Source: Nitrospirota bacterium (GTDB lineage: Bacteria; Nitrospirota; UBA9217). From it: a stretch of 64,000 nt of DNA. Below are positions 10,914 to 21,207 of the stretch, piece after piece (positions within the stretch are counted from its first letter, which is position 1; each line of letters starts with the position of its first letter). The position numbers were made by a program, and so were the translations under genes. The stretch spans positions 192,001 through 256,000 of the forward strand of contig CAVTRN010000001.1 of NCBI GenBank assembly GCA_963737155.1, read 5' to 3'. The notes beneath the pieces were generated by a model. That model had not been told where the DNA came from. It ran no database searches and saw only the letters and a program-made list of their open reading frames with translations.

Positions 10914-10973
10914 TTACCACTTCTTTTCATTATCATTATTTGCGGAATGCTTAAGCTCACAGGCCTTAATCAT
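10914..10973 (-). pseudogene. Truncated tnpB 5' stub of an IS607 element
   Basis: ATG overlaps the tnpA 3' end; reads MIKACELKHSANNDNEKKW* at the position where tnpB normally starts. Confidence 0.45.
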
Positions 10974-11538
10974 GCTTGCGCTCCGTCAATTGCTGAATAA
11001 TTATTTCTGCCTTGCGCTTGTATTTTCTCTGGCCATATATCCTGGCGCAAAAAGAAGTGATAATAGAGATAAGGTCTTGAAGGATTTCCTCCTTCTCATC
11101 TGTAACTTCATTGATCACTTCGATATCGCGCCCTTCATTCTTGAGAAGGACCTTGTACGCATTAAAACCAAATCGGGTAAAACGTTCCTTATGTTCCACG
11201 ACAATAAGAGTAATTGACTTATTTTGCAGAAGCTGCAGCCATTGTTTTCGCGTATCGTTAATGCCGGAGCCAACTTCCGCAATAACGTGAGAGACCTTAT
11301 ATCCCTTCGCAGCGCAGTAATCAAGAAGCCTTTGTTTTTGCGATTCCAGATTACTTTTATTCTCTGGCAATGACACTCTGCAGTAAATTGCCACGTTTAC
11401 TTCTAAAGGCTGGACGTCATCCCGGACAATCACCGTACCGGTATGAGTTTGGTATGCATTCAGTTTACCGGCACGATAATAGTTCCATGCGGTTTTGTAA
11501 GTTACCCCTAATTTTTTCGCATAATCAGATAACTTCAT
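10966..11538 (-). mobile_element. tnpA: IS607-family serine recombinase TnpA
   Basis: N-terminal HTH MKLSDYAKKLGVTYKTAW; catalytic YCRVS; EVGSGIN, ERFTRFGF and SFCARIYG motifs. Confidence 0.9.
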
Positions 11539-11882
11539 ATGCCATAATATAGCACAATTTCTCTCAAATTGAAAACGTATTATCGAAGTTTAGCAATGCT
11601 TAAAACGACTTTTGGAGGCAGACATTGAAGAATTCGGGATGGTCATTGAACGCTGGCAAAGAATAGCGACTATGCCAGCTTCAGGAATAAAAACTCACTG
11701 CAAAAAACAGCCGGCATTCGTCACGTCCGGCATGATTGGAACCTTCGACAGATAATGCAAGCGGGGTCAGGTAAAATTTCCGTGTAACAGATTGAACTAT
11801 GGACAAAATTCGTTTCAATCCCGTACATGGCGTGATAAAGTAGAAAGGACAAACCAAAGTTTCTCCCTGTCGATGAATCAAA

Positions 11883-12389
11883 TTACATAATCGCCCACAC
11901 TAAGCCTACACTCGCGGCCGAATAATCTGAATGTCTGCCCTGAGTCGAAAAGCTGTATAGATAACCTATGTAAACCAGCACCTGACTGGTTATAGGAATT
12001 GCAACCCCAATCTTAGGGTACAACTCGCCACTGAAATTAACGAGTCCCGCCCCTACTCCCACCTTCAAACCAACTTCAGCAAAAGGCCATAGACGATAAT
12101 CGGTGTCGCAATAGCCCATGCCGAAATCAACTCCATATGTTCCGCTTCCATCTTTTGGTTTGATATCAAATAACCCTACGTGGATCAATGTTCCTGGCTC
12201 GGCAATCCACAAACCCACATTTACGATGTCGCGATTTTTGGTCGCGCTCACCTCAGCGTTAACTCCGGCCATCGCATTGAGAGGAGGCACCCCCTCCTGT
12301 TGCTCCTGCCCATAGGAAGCTCCTGATAACAACAAAAAAAATATAATAAACGTGCCACTCAAAACTTTTCGTTTCGTCAGGTTTTGCAT
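11883..12389 (-). CDS. Exported hypothetical protein, probable small outer-membrane beta-barrel
   Basis: Signal peptide; alternating beta-strand pattern; ends SVGLVWAIM. Confidence 0.6.
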   Translation of the reverse strand: MQNLTKRKVLSGTFIIFFLLLSGASYGQEQQEGVPPLNAMAGVNAEVSATKNRDIVNVGLWIAEPGTLIHVGLFDIKPKDGSGTYGVDFGMGYCDTDYRLWPFAEVGLKVGVGAGLVNFSGELYPKIGVAIPITSQVLVYIGYLYSFSTQGRHSDYSAASVGLVWAIM

Positions 12390-12654
12390 ATAATCAATAG
12401 GTTGGGCTCGTGAGATTCTCTATCTTTCTTTTTATGATAGAATACATTCGATCAACTGGCTCGTTCTGCGAATAAACCATGATATTTATCAGCGGAGACT
12501 TTAACTGGTTTTCGTTCCGGTTTCGATAATTCCATTTCACCTCCGTAATAACAATTATCACTTAAAGTCAATAATTACCAGCCGTCGAAATTAACGCGGA
12601 TGAAGACAAGAAGTAATGGTCCAATCGAGATAGCACAGCCAGTTGCGGCAGCAC

Positions 12655-13044
12655 TTATCCCTTCCATTCATGAGCCAATTTTTTTACTTTCGCCGCCATT
12701 TCCGATGTGAAATTCACAATCCCGTGCGCTTCTCGGGCATGCACCGCCATGCCGTCGACAATCAACTCCTCGGTCTGTGCAATGTATTTCCAGTTGCAAT
12801 CCATACCAAGGTCTCTGCACGACACGACCTTGAGCACCGGCTCTACATCTCTTCCGGATGTGTCAATGGGCTCGGACCTGCTGAAAGCCTGTTTTATTTT
12901 GCCAACCATTTCCTGAGTCAAAGCTGGCATGCCGTGAACATCCCGAAGGTGAATTGCCATCACGTCAGTTAACAGCTCTTCCGTCCTCGCAACATGTTTC
13001 CAGCCACAATTGTATCCCAAACTCCTGCATGCAACCTCTCTCAT
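12655..13044 (-). CDS. Tandem DUF1059-domain protein
   Basis: Two repeats, CRSLGYNC..TEELL..HLRDVHG and CRDLGMDC..TEELI..HAREAHG; GGAGG RBS before ATG 13044. Confidence 0.8.
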   Translation of the reverse strand: MREVACRSLGYNCGWKHVARTEELLTDVMAIHLRDVHGMPALTQEMVGKIKQAFSRSEPIDTSGRDVEPVLKVVSCRDLGMDCNWKYIAQTEELIVDGMAVHAREAHGIVNFTSEMAAKVKKLAHEWKG

Positions 13045-13683
13045 TGTGCACCTCCCAAGGGTCAACCTTCTCTTTTTTAAATATAGCACGGAAAAAGCTT
13101 CATGTTTCATGCAGAATATTGCGGCATTTTTGGCTGAGCGTAGGTACCAGCTTGCAGGTGGTGTCGAGATAGGCATAATTTTTTGACAACATGTTGAATC
13201 GCAATTGAAGCATGCGGTTGGGAATCCTTCCCGCTTCTTTTGCATCATCCATTCTTAGCAGTAGCTAAAGTTTGTGCGCCAAGCGAGCTTATCTAGTCTA
13301 GCCGGGGCTGAGGTTAGCCACCAGCCTAGAACCGCATCCTCATGCAGGGAAGCTACGATTTCCCTGAAACCGGGCGACGGGAGACTTTATCACAGGTGGA
13401 GGTATTGAGCCCAGAAATCAGGATGCTCCCTCAGATTAAAATGCCAAAGCTTCAAAAGTCGTTACAAGCGGAAACCGCGGAGAATTAATTTAAAGAAGCT
13501 AGACGGATTAAAGATAAGATTGTCGATGTTCCTCTGGCAGTGCAGTAAGAGCTTTGTCCGTAAATGATGAAGTCTTTTCTCTGACTCCGCGTCGCCAAAA
13601 GGGTTAACGATATCTTCCTCCTCGCGGCGGACGATTAAGCCTGGCGCCAATACTTCGCAGCATCTTTTCAAGACGCATCAAAG

Positions 13684-13881
13684 CTAATTAAAAACGCAGA
13701 TTGTATCGACTACGGCGTGGGCTTCTTCCTTACTCACGTCATCCGTCTGATAATATATATAGTCGTCAACCATATCGCACAGTTCTTTGCGGGGAATGTC
13801 CGGCATCAATTCAAGGACTTCCTCTTTAAATAACTTTGCGGCGTCAGCAGCCATTTCTTTTCTCTCTATTCTATTCATCAT
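13684..13881 (-). CDS. Small acidic hypothetical protein
   Basis: MMNRIERKEMAADAAKLF...; GGAGA RBS. Confidence 0.55.
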   Translation of the reverse strand: MMNRIERKEMAADAAKLFKEEVLELMPDIPRKELCDMVDDYIYYQTDDVSKEEAHAVVDTICVFN

Positions 13882-14204
13882 ATCTCCCTTCAAGGGCCAA
13901 AACCGGCGAATAAATGCCGTCGCTTGCGATACCCATTGGCATCCGTGAAGAAAACAAGTCTATTTTTGTCTTTATTATATCATATTTTCAGTTCGCTTCT
14001 TCGACAGCCAATTAGAGAGTACCAATCGATTGCGGGATGAGCCGGCAAACTGCTGTTCCAGCCTTTGAACCTTATCAATTTACAAACTGTATTGATCGGT
14101 ATCTTCGCATACAATATGCGTCCAATATTGTTGACAAAGTGCCAAGGCAGGCATATATTCATTTTGAAATACGGACACTCAAAGACGCTTGCGGAGAAGG
14201 CCCT

Positions 14205-14549
14205 GTGCCGGTGATACTGCATAATAACCTCAAGATAACCGTTGACGAAGACGGGTTCCTGGTCAATCTTGAAGACTGGTCGGAAACAATAGCGCGCATT
14301 CTCGCTGCGCAGGAAGGCATCACCGAACTGGCGGAAGACCAGCTCGATATCCTGAAATTTATGAGAGATTATTATAATAAATATAAATTCTTTCCGATCG
14401 TACGCTACGTGTGCAAGAACGTCCACCAACCCCGTAACTGCGTCACGGACAAATTTATGGACCCGGTCACGGCCTGGAAGATTGCCGGCTTGCCGAACCC
14501 CGGCGAGGAAGTAATCAAATTCAAAGCGTGGGAGCCGCTCGGGTATTAA
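14205..14549 (+). CDS. TusE/DsrC/DsvC-family protein lacking the C-terminal cysteines
   Basis: VDEDGFLVNLEDWSE..A, ILKFMRDYY, AWKIAGLPNP; GTG start after GGAGAAGG. Confidence 0.82.
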   Translation: MPVILHNNLKITVDEDGFLVNLEDWSETIARILAAQEGITELAEDQLDILKFMRDYYNKYKFFPIVRYVCKNVHQPRNCVTDKFMDPVTAWKIAGLPNPGEEVIKFKAWEPLGY

Positions 14550-14777
14550 ACGATGGGAATAGAAACGGTTAGGGAAATACGCTCCTGTTATGCCTGACTG
14601 ACAAGCCGTCGATGTTAAAAGAGAAGCACCCTGTTGCGATACTGGTCACGGACGTTACGGGCGGCAATTTTTTAATTACGGTTAAGAGCCAACTTCCACG
14701 AGCACTAAAATATCTTGCCTCCTCGCTCAAAAAAATCCGGCGCAGGCCGGTGCATTTAGAGAATTCGTTACCGTGCA

Positions 14778-16988
14778 ATGAGGGAAAAGCCGAAGATGGC
14801 CGAAAGATTTACGCTGAATAAGAAAACATTCAATCCTTGGCACTTCGTCTGGTTTTCCGTCTTGTTTGCGGAAGTCTTCACAGCATTTGCAAATGTCATC
14901 CAGAGTTATGTCTGGTATGGAACGTTTTCGCTGACACTGCTGATCATCGGCTCACTTGATGCTTTGTTTGTTTCCGCCATTGTTGCTTCCATCGTTTTTT
15001 ATACTAACCGATATGCCGCCGAACTCAAGAAAATGAATGAGCAGCTTCAGCGGGAAATTTCAGACCGTGAACGGGCGGAGAAATCGCTTCGGGAGAACGA
15101 ACAACGTCTAAAAATCGCCCTTTTGAACACCAATATTACGGTGTTTGATCAAGACCGGAATTTGCGTTATACTTGGATGTTTCAGCCTGAGCGGGGTTAT
15201 GCTACCGACGAAGTGATCGGCAAAACGGACCATGAACTTTATCCCCGGGAAACCGCAGAGAGCATATCAAACATCAAGCGTCTTGCTCTTGCGAGCAACG
15301 GCGGCGTCCGCGAGGAAATCAGTGCCATTGTAGACAACAAGCCCCTTCTCTATGACCTCATTATCGAGCCGGTGCGAAGCGCGACAGGCGAAGTTGTGGG
15401 CATTACCGGTGCATTACAGGACATCACTGAACGGAAACGGATTGAACGGGTCGTAGAACAGGCGGCACGGGAGTGGAGAGCCGCGATGGATGCATCACAG
15501 GATGTTATCTACCTGCTCGATCTCAACAGGCATGTCCTGCGAGCGAATAAATTATTTTATAAGGTGACGGGACGCGTGCCGGAAACCGCCATTGGCTGCC
15601 ATATCGAAGCAATCATTCATCCCGAAGGCGAGTCAAAACCATGTCCCGTATGTCAGGCACAAATTGAAAAACATGATCTTGTCACAGTTATGGAAAAAGA
15701 CGATGCCGCCAATTTTCTCGGATGGCCTGTTGAAGTCACCATCAAGGCAGTTCGCGATAATCAGGGCCAGCCGGTCAGCATACTGGTAACCCTGCATGAT
15801 CTCTCCCGAAACCGGAAGATTGAGGAAGACAAGGCCAAGCTTGAAGCACAGCTGCATCAGTCGCAAAAACTGGAGGCGGTGGGGCAGCTGGCGGGAGGCA
15901 TTGCACATGATTTTAATAACATGTTGACGGCGATCATCGGTTACGCGACCCTTCTGAGCATGGATGTAGAACCTGACAGCCCGCTAAAACCCTCGGTTGA
16001 CCAGATTCTTGCCACTGCGGAAAAATCTGCCGATCTGACCCGTCAGCTTCTCGCTTTCAGCCGGAAGCAGCTGATCAGCCCCCGGCAGCTAAATTTGAAC
16101 AATCTGATAAATGACCTGAAAATCTTTTTACACAGGATCATCGGTGAAGATATCGATTTCGAGGCTCATCTTGCAGACAGGGACATTATCGTAACCGCTG
16201 ATTCCGGCCAGATGGAACAGGTCCTGGTGAATCTGTGCGCGAATGCCCGGGATGCGATGCCCGATGGCGGATTATTGTCCATCAGTACGGACGTCGTTCG
16301 TCTGGACGACAGATCCCTGAAAACCTACGGACTCGAAAAGCCGGGGCTGTATGCATTGATAACCGCCTCGGACAACGGCATTGGCATGGATGAAAATACA
16401 CGCGAAAAAATATTCGAGCCTTTTTTCACAACAAAAGAGGTTGGAAAAGGGACGGGGCTGGGACTCTCAATTGTGTATGGCATCATCAAGCAGCACAACG
16501 GTGAAATACTGGTATACAGCGAGCCGGGACTTGGAACGACCTTCAAAATATACCTGCCCATAACCGCTTCATCGGTGAAGGACGTAAAAGCGATTGAAAC
16601 TGCAGCGCCACAGGGCGGGACGGAAACGATACTGATTACCGAGGACAGCGAACCGGTCAGATCTCTCACGAGGGACGTGCTTAAGAAATTCGGGTACAGA
16701 GTAATAGAGGCGGTGGATGGCGAAGATGGCATAAAAAAGTTCAGGGAGAATAAAGATTCTGTTCACCTTGTGATCCTTGATGTCGTAATGCCTAAAAAAG
16801 GCGGCAAGCAGGTCGGACAGGAAATGCAAACGATAAAGCCCGAAGTCAAGATTCTCTATACGAGCGGTTACACAACGAATATACTGCAGCAAAAGGACCT
16901 CCTAGCCGATAAAAGTCATTTCATCATAAAGCCGGTCATGCCCTATGAACTTCTCGCGAAGATAAGGACCATGCTGAACGCAGATTAA
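14778..16988 (+). CDS. Membrane-bound hybrid sensor histidine kinase (2 PAS, HisKA, HATPase, REC)
   Basis: Two TM segments; GGIAHDFNNML H-box; NARDAM, FEPFFTTK, GTGLGL; C-terminal receiver LDVVMP. Confidence 0.92.
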   Translation: MREKPKMAERFTLNKKTFNPWHFVWFSVLFAEVFTAFANVIQSYVWYGTFSLTLLIIGSLDALFVSAIVASIVFYTNRYAAELKKMNEQLQREISDRERAEKSLRENEQRLKIALLNTNITVFDQDRNLRYTWMFQPERGYATDEVIGKTDHELYPRETAESISNIKRLALASNGGVREEISAIVDNKPLLYDLIIEPVRSATGEVVGITGALQDITERKRIERVVEQAAREWRAAMDASQDVIYLLDLNRHVLRANKLFYKVTGRVPETAIGCHIEAIIHPEGESKPCPVCQAQIEKHDLVTVMEKDDAANFLGWPVEVTIKAVRDNQGQPVSILVTLHDLSRNRKIEEDKAKLEAQLHQSQKLEAVGQLAGGIAHDFNNMLTAIIGYATLLSMDVEPDSPLKPSVDQILATAEKSADLTRQLLAFSRKQLISPRQLNLNNLINDLKIFLHRIIGEDIDFEAHLADRDIIVTADSGQMEQVLVNLCANARDAMPDGGLLSISTDVVRLDDRSLKTYGLEKPGLYALITASDNGIGMDENTREKIFEPFFTTKEVGKGTGLGLSIVYGIIKQHNGEILVYSEPGLGTTFKIYLPITASSVKDVKAIETAAPQGGTETILITEDSEPVRSLTRDVLKKFGYRVIEAVDGEDGIKKFRENKDSVHLVILDVVMPKKGGKQVGQEMQTIKPEVKILYTSGYTTNILQQKDLLADKSHFIIKPVMPYELLAKIRTMLNAD

Positions 16989-17148
16989 ACCAGATGCCGT
17001 AGCGGGAACGTGAACTCAAGGCAAACCTCGTGAAGGTGGTCTTCGAAACAAAAACAAACCCATCAGGCTTCTGATTTGTTCCTACAGATATTGCCCCCAT
17101 CAGGAACGGCCGCCGTTTTGGCTTACTGAATGAAGAATGATGTTGAAG

Positions 17149-19010
17149 CGGATGTTCCGCCCTCGATATTCAGAAAATCATTTATCTTGCAGCAGGTTAG
17201 GCCTTTTTTTGTCCTAAATATGTAGCCACTAAAATATTCTTATTAATTATAATTATATTGACAAATTGCTTTAATTATGATATTTAAGTAACCACTATGT
17301 ACGTCGACTCCTCTACCGTGAAGCAGGGAAACAAATCCTACACCCGCTATCTTCTCCGGGAGTGCTATCGAGAAAACGGCAAGGTCAAGCACCGCACGAT
17401 TGCAAATCTGAGTTCCTGCTCCGATGCAGAGGTTGCCGCAATCAAGCTCGCCTTGCGCCATAAAGAACAACTTGCCTCTCTCCTTTCCGACAAGATGACT
17501 GTGACTCAAAAGCAAGGGCTTTCGTTCGGCGCGGTATGGCTTGTTTATTCGATTGCTCGCGAATTGGGGATCGTAGAGGCCATGGGAACAACCAGGGAAG
17601 GCAAACTGGCGCTGTGGCAGGTGATTGCGAGAGTCATCGATCAGGGATCGCGGCTGTCAGCGGTGCGATTGGCCGGGGCTCACGCGGCGTGCGATATTTT
17701 GAGCGTGGAGAAGTTCGATGAGAACGATTTATACGACAATCTCGACTGGCTTGCCGAACGTCAGGCAACGATCGAAGATCGTCTTTTTCGAAAACTGCAT
17801 GGAGACGGGAAACCGGGGCTGTTTTTGTACGATGTGACCAGTTCGTATTTGGAAGGGACGGAGAACGAGTTGTCGGCTTTCGGCTACAACCGGGACGGCA
17901 AGAAGGGCAAGCTGCAGATCGTGATTGGGTTGTTATGCGATAACGAAGGTACACCGCTGTCTGTGGAGGTGTTTACCGGCAATACCCAGGATCCCAAGAC
18001 TGTTGGACCGCAGATTAAGAAGGTCGCGGAGCGGTTCGGGGCGAAGGATGTGACGTTTGTGGGCGATCGAGGGATGATCAAGAGCGGTCAAATTGAAGCG
18101 CTGCATGCGGAACCCTACGGGTTTCATTACATCACGGCTATTACCAAGCCGCAGATCGAAAATCTTCTTGCGCGTAATATCATTCAGATGAACCTGTTCG
18201 ATCAAGCGCTTGCGGAGGTCACGACAGATGAGGGGACGCGATATATACTGAGACGCAATCCCGTGAGAGCTGAGGAAATGAAGGCATCCCGGGAGGATAA
18301 GCTCGCATCAGCCCGTAAGATGGTTGACGAGCGGAACCGCTATCTTGAGGAACATCCCAAAGCGAAGGTCGCAATTGCGCTTCGCGCAATAAGTGAACGA
18401 ATGGAACGGCTCAAGATATCCGATTGGGCGAAGGCTTCGGCAACAGACAGGGTACTGTCGATAACCGTAAACGCCGATGCGCTCGGGGAAGCGGAAAAGT
18501 TTGACGGTTGCTATGTGCTGAAGACCGACCTTCCGGTGGAATCCGCAAGCAAAGAAACGATTCATGATCGGTATAAGGATCTAACCTTGGTAGAATCCGC
18601 TTTCCGTACCAGTAAGACAGCGGAATTGGAGGTCCGGCCCATTCATGTGCGGCTCGCGACACGGACGCGTGGCCATGTATTCGTGGTCATGATGGCGTAT
18701 CGGGTTGTGAAGGAGCTGTCCAGGCGATGGAGGCAGTTGGACACAACGGTGCAAGAAGGACTCGATGAGCTTTCAACCTTATGCGCCGTGGAGGTTAGTG
18801 TGAATGGATCGGTCCGCTATAATCGCATACCGGAACCGCGGGAATCGATCGGAAAATTGTTGAACGCAGCCGGAGTACGATTGCCGGAGATATTTCCCAG
18901 CACAGGAGTAAAAGTAACCACTAAGAAGAAGTTGCCTTCAAGAAGAAAATAGACTGTTTTTACAAAATGATGAAATGTTCAAACGCGCCTTTTATTAGGG
19001 GGAACATCCG
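17149..19010 (+). mobile_element. Complete IS1634-family insertion sequence
   Basis: Terminal inverted repeats CGGATGTTCC(G/C)CC at 17149 and 19010; 6-bp duplication TTGAAG at 17143-17148 and 19011-19016. Confidence 0.9.
17297..18952 (+). CDS. IS1634-family DDE transposase
   Basis: RENGKVKHRTIANL, LYDVTSSYLEG, FGYNRDGK, VGDRGM and VESAFR motifs. Confidence 0.92.
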   Translation: MYVDSSTVKQGNKSYTRYLLRECYRENGKVKHRTIANLSSCSDAEVAAIKLALRHKEQLASLLSDKMTVTQKQGLSFGAVWLVYSIARELGIVEAMGTTREGKLALWQVIARVIDQGSRLSAVRLAGAHAACDILSVEKFDENDLYDNLDWLAERQATIEDRLFRKLHGDGKPGLFLYDVTSSYLEGTENELSAFGYNRDGKKGKLQIVIGLLCDNEGTPLSVEVFTGNTQDPKTVGPQIKKVAERFGAKDVTFVGDRGMIKSGQIEALHAEPYGFHYITAITKPQIENLLARNIIQMNLFDQALAEVTTDEGTRYILRRNPVRAEEMKASREDKLASARKMVDERNRYLEEHPKAKVAIALRAISERMERLKISDWAKASATDRVLSITVNADALGEAEKFDGCYVLKTDLPVESASKETIHDRYKDLTLVESAFRTSKTAELEVRPIHVRLATRTRGHVFVVMMAYRVVKELSRRWRQLDTTVQEGLDELSTLCAVEVSVNGSVRYNRIPEPRESIGKLLNAAGVRLPEIFPSTGVKVTTKKKLPSRRK

Positions 19011-19158
19011 TTGAAGAGAGAAATACCACAAAGTTAGAGGAGGGCGTAGAGAGAGGATGACGAAGATTTTTAAAATATCTCAGCTATTATTCATTGCGTT
19101 TTCTCGGTAATTTTTCATGCACTCGGCCTTTCCCGGCCCGGATTGTTTAGGTTCAGGT

Positions 19159-19830
19159 TTATTGAAGGCGGTAGTATTCTTCCATGATTGCGGGACCAGC
19201 ACTCGTGCCGATGCGCTCGGCTCCTGCCTCGACCAGGGAGGCAAGCGTGGCAAGGTCCCTGATCCCGCCCGACGCCTTGATCCGGCATGCGGAGCCGACA
19301 ATTGTTTTGATAAGCCGAACATCCTCTGCAGTAGCCCCGCGGGGTCCGAAACCCGTTGACGTCTTCAAAAACTCGGCGCCGGTCCGCATCGCGATTTCGC
19401 AGAGACGGATGACCTCGTCTTCTGTCAGATATCCAATTTCCAGAATGACCTTGTGCACTTTTTTTGGCGTCATAGCGATGATGTTCGTGATATCCACTTC
19501 CACCGCGTCGAACCTTCCCGACTTTACCATGCCGATGTTGATGACAAAATCGATCTCGCTTGCACCGTTCTTCAAGGCTTCCATGGCCTCGACTATTTTC
19601 ACCGTTGTGGTGTTGGCTCCCAGAGGGAAGCCTGCGACCGCACATACCTTCACCGGCGAACCCGTCAGAATCTCCCCGGCCTGCGCCACATGGCAGCCGT
19701 TCACCACCACCGAGAAAAAACCATACTTTTTTGCGTCTGCGCAAACCGCGGAAAGATCATTGAGCGTGGCATCAGGTCGGACCAGCGTGTGGTCAATCAT
19801 CTGGGCTAGCTGGCCTGCATCTTGAACCAT
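19159..19830 (-). CDS. deoC: Deoxyribose-phosphate aldolase
   Basis: IDHTL, GFPLG, EIDFVINIG, KVILE, KTSTGF, IKASGGIR and RIGTS motifs. Confidence 0.95.
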   Translation of the reverse strand: MVQDAGQLAQMIDHTLVRPDATLNDLSAVCADAKKYGFFSVVVNGCHVAQAGEILTGSPVKVCAVAGFPLGANTTTVKIVEAMEALKNGASEIDFVINIGMVKSGRFDAVEVDITNIIAMTPKKVHKVILEIGYLTEDEVIRLCEIAMRTGAEFLKTSTGFGPRGATAEDVRLIKTIVGSACRIKASGGIRDLATLASLVEAGAERIGTSAGPAIMEEYYRLQ

Positions 19831-20678
19831 GCCTGGACCTCTTTTCTATAGGTCTGATGCAGAAGGGACGTGATGGGACCAGGTCTGCCACTGCCCACCG
19901 TCTTCCTGCCGATGGTGGTAACGGGCATAATTTCCATGGTCGTGTTGGTGATAAAGCATTCATCAGCCGCATATAAATTACGGGGCAAGATTGCTGTTTC
20001 CCTGATTGGGATCTTTTTCTTTTTCGCGAGGCGCAGCACAAAATCGCGCGTAATACCTTCAAGAATACCTGCATCAGTTTTGGGAGTGTACAGGTTTCCC
20101 CTCTTGACCATAAATATGTTGCTAATCGTACCCTCGGCCACATGGCCCCGCCAGTTGAGCATGATTCCTTCATAGGCGCCGGCTTTAAGAGACTCGATTT
20201 TCGCCAGGATATTATTCAGGAAGTTCGTGCCCTTGATCGAAGGGTCAAGAGCGAGGGGATGGTTCCTCCGCGTTTTCACGATTGCTACCTTGATGCCCTG
20301 CTCGTAGTATGGCGCGGGATAGTCGTGAAACGGTTTGGCTACAATGACCATCGTCGGAACCGCGCACAGGGCGGGATCGAGACCGAGATCCCCGGGGCCG
20401 CGTGAAATATGCAGGCGTACATAGGCGTCCTGGAGCTTGTTAATATGCAGTGATTCATTCAGCGCCTCGGCAATTTTTTCGAGCGGTAGAGGGAGCCTGA
20501 GCGATATGGCATCCGCAGATCGCTTCAGACGGGTCAGATGCTTCTTGAGGAGAAAGAGCCTGCCCCCGTAAGCTCGCATGGTTTCGTAAATCCCGTCGCC
20601 GTAGAGAAAGCCGTGGTCAAAAACCGAAACCAGGGCCTGTTCCCTGTCCACAAAGTGGCCATTAAGGTAAACGAGCAT
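19806..20678 (-). CDS. Class IV PLP aminotransferase (IlvE/PabC/Dat family)
   Basis: DHGFLYGDGIYET, HLTRL, KGTNFL, EGTISNIF and ILEGITR motifs. Confidence 0.92.
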   Translation of the reverse strand: MLVYLNGHFVDREQALVSVFDHGFLYGDGIYETMRAYGGRLFLLKKHLTRLKRSADAISLRLPLPLEKIAEALNESLHINKLQDAYVRLHISRGPGDLGLDPALCAVPTMVIVAKPFHDYPAPYYEQGIKVAIVKTRRNHPLALDPSIKGTNFLNNILAKIESLKAGAYEGIMLNWRGHVAEGTISNIFMVKRGNLYTPKTDAGILEGITRDFVLRLAKKKKIPIRETAILPRNLYAADECFITNTTMEIMPVTTIGRKTVGSGRPGPITSLLHQTYRKEVQAWFKMQAS

Positions 20679-20889
20679 AGCAAAAATTATCATTATTGCA
20701 GAAGGGTGTCAAGAAGGAAAGGACAAAGAAAAGGGAGACGGGTCATTCGTCTCTTGTTTTCCAGTCCAAGAAGCAGCATAGACGCATTCCGCGGAACACA
20801 TTAGTTTTTGTGCCTGCGTAACGTTGAGGACATCGTTTCTGATTTTATGCTCAGAACATCGTTTACCTTCAAGCATTTAGTAAACCGTG

Positions 20890-21075
20890 GAACTTAAAAG
20901 AGGGCTTGCCAGCCAAGTCCGCCTGCAGCGCATCGAAGCTTTTCTGTTCGTTGTCGAGAGTGGCTTTTCGCAAGGTGCTGATCTGTCCGATGCTGAACGC
21001 CGGATCTCGGGTCTTCCCGTCCGAAAAAAATTCCCGCTATTTGTTGATGAACCTGCATATATGCTTTTTATCCAT
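20890..21075 (-). pseudogene. Aldehyde dehydrogenase N-terminal fragment
   Basis: MDKKHICRFINK*REFFSDGKTRDPAFSIGQISTLRKATLDNEQKSFDALQADLAGKPSF resembles a class-3 ALDH N-terminus; in-frame stop, no continuation. Confidence 0.6.
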
Positions 21076-21134
21076 GAATGCCTTAATAATGCAAGTGCCT
21101 TAACATTTGCCTCTCACATGCATCTCGATCTGAG

Positions 21135-21205
21135 CCGTTCCTGAAACCATAGTATTTTATTTCCACATACTAGGACGGCAGCCGAACAGTGCTGCTGCCG
21201 GTTAA
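21135..21205 (-). ncRNA. Putative omegaRNA 3' scaffold / element right end of the TnpB gene
   Basis: Directly after the tnpB stop; hairpins CGGCAGC..GCTGCCG and TAGTA..TACTA; ends TTTCAGGAACGG; conserved in a second copy at 60790-60857. Confidence 0.65.
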
Positions 21206-21207
21206 CG

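Noticed and set aside
12452-12535. 27-aa ORF with a strong GGAGGTG RBS
   Set aside because: Too short to support without conservation or expression data
13300-13671. Possible structured RNA upstream of the DUF1059 gene
   Set aside because: Reads more like a decayed minus-strand coding region with stops; no recognisable RNA motif
17100-17109. TCAGGAACGG matching the TnpB right-end tip
   Set aside because: 10-bp match without the scaffold hairpins; compatible with chance
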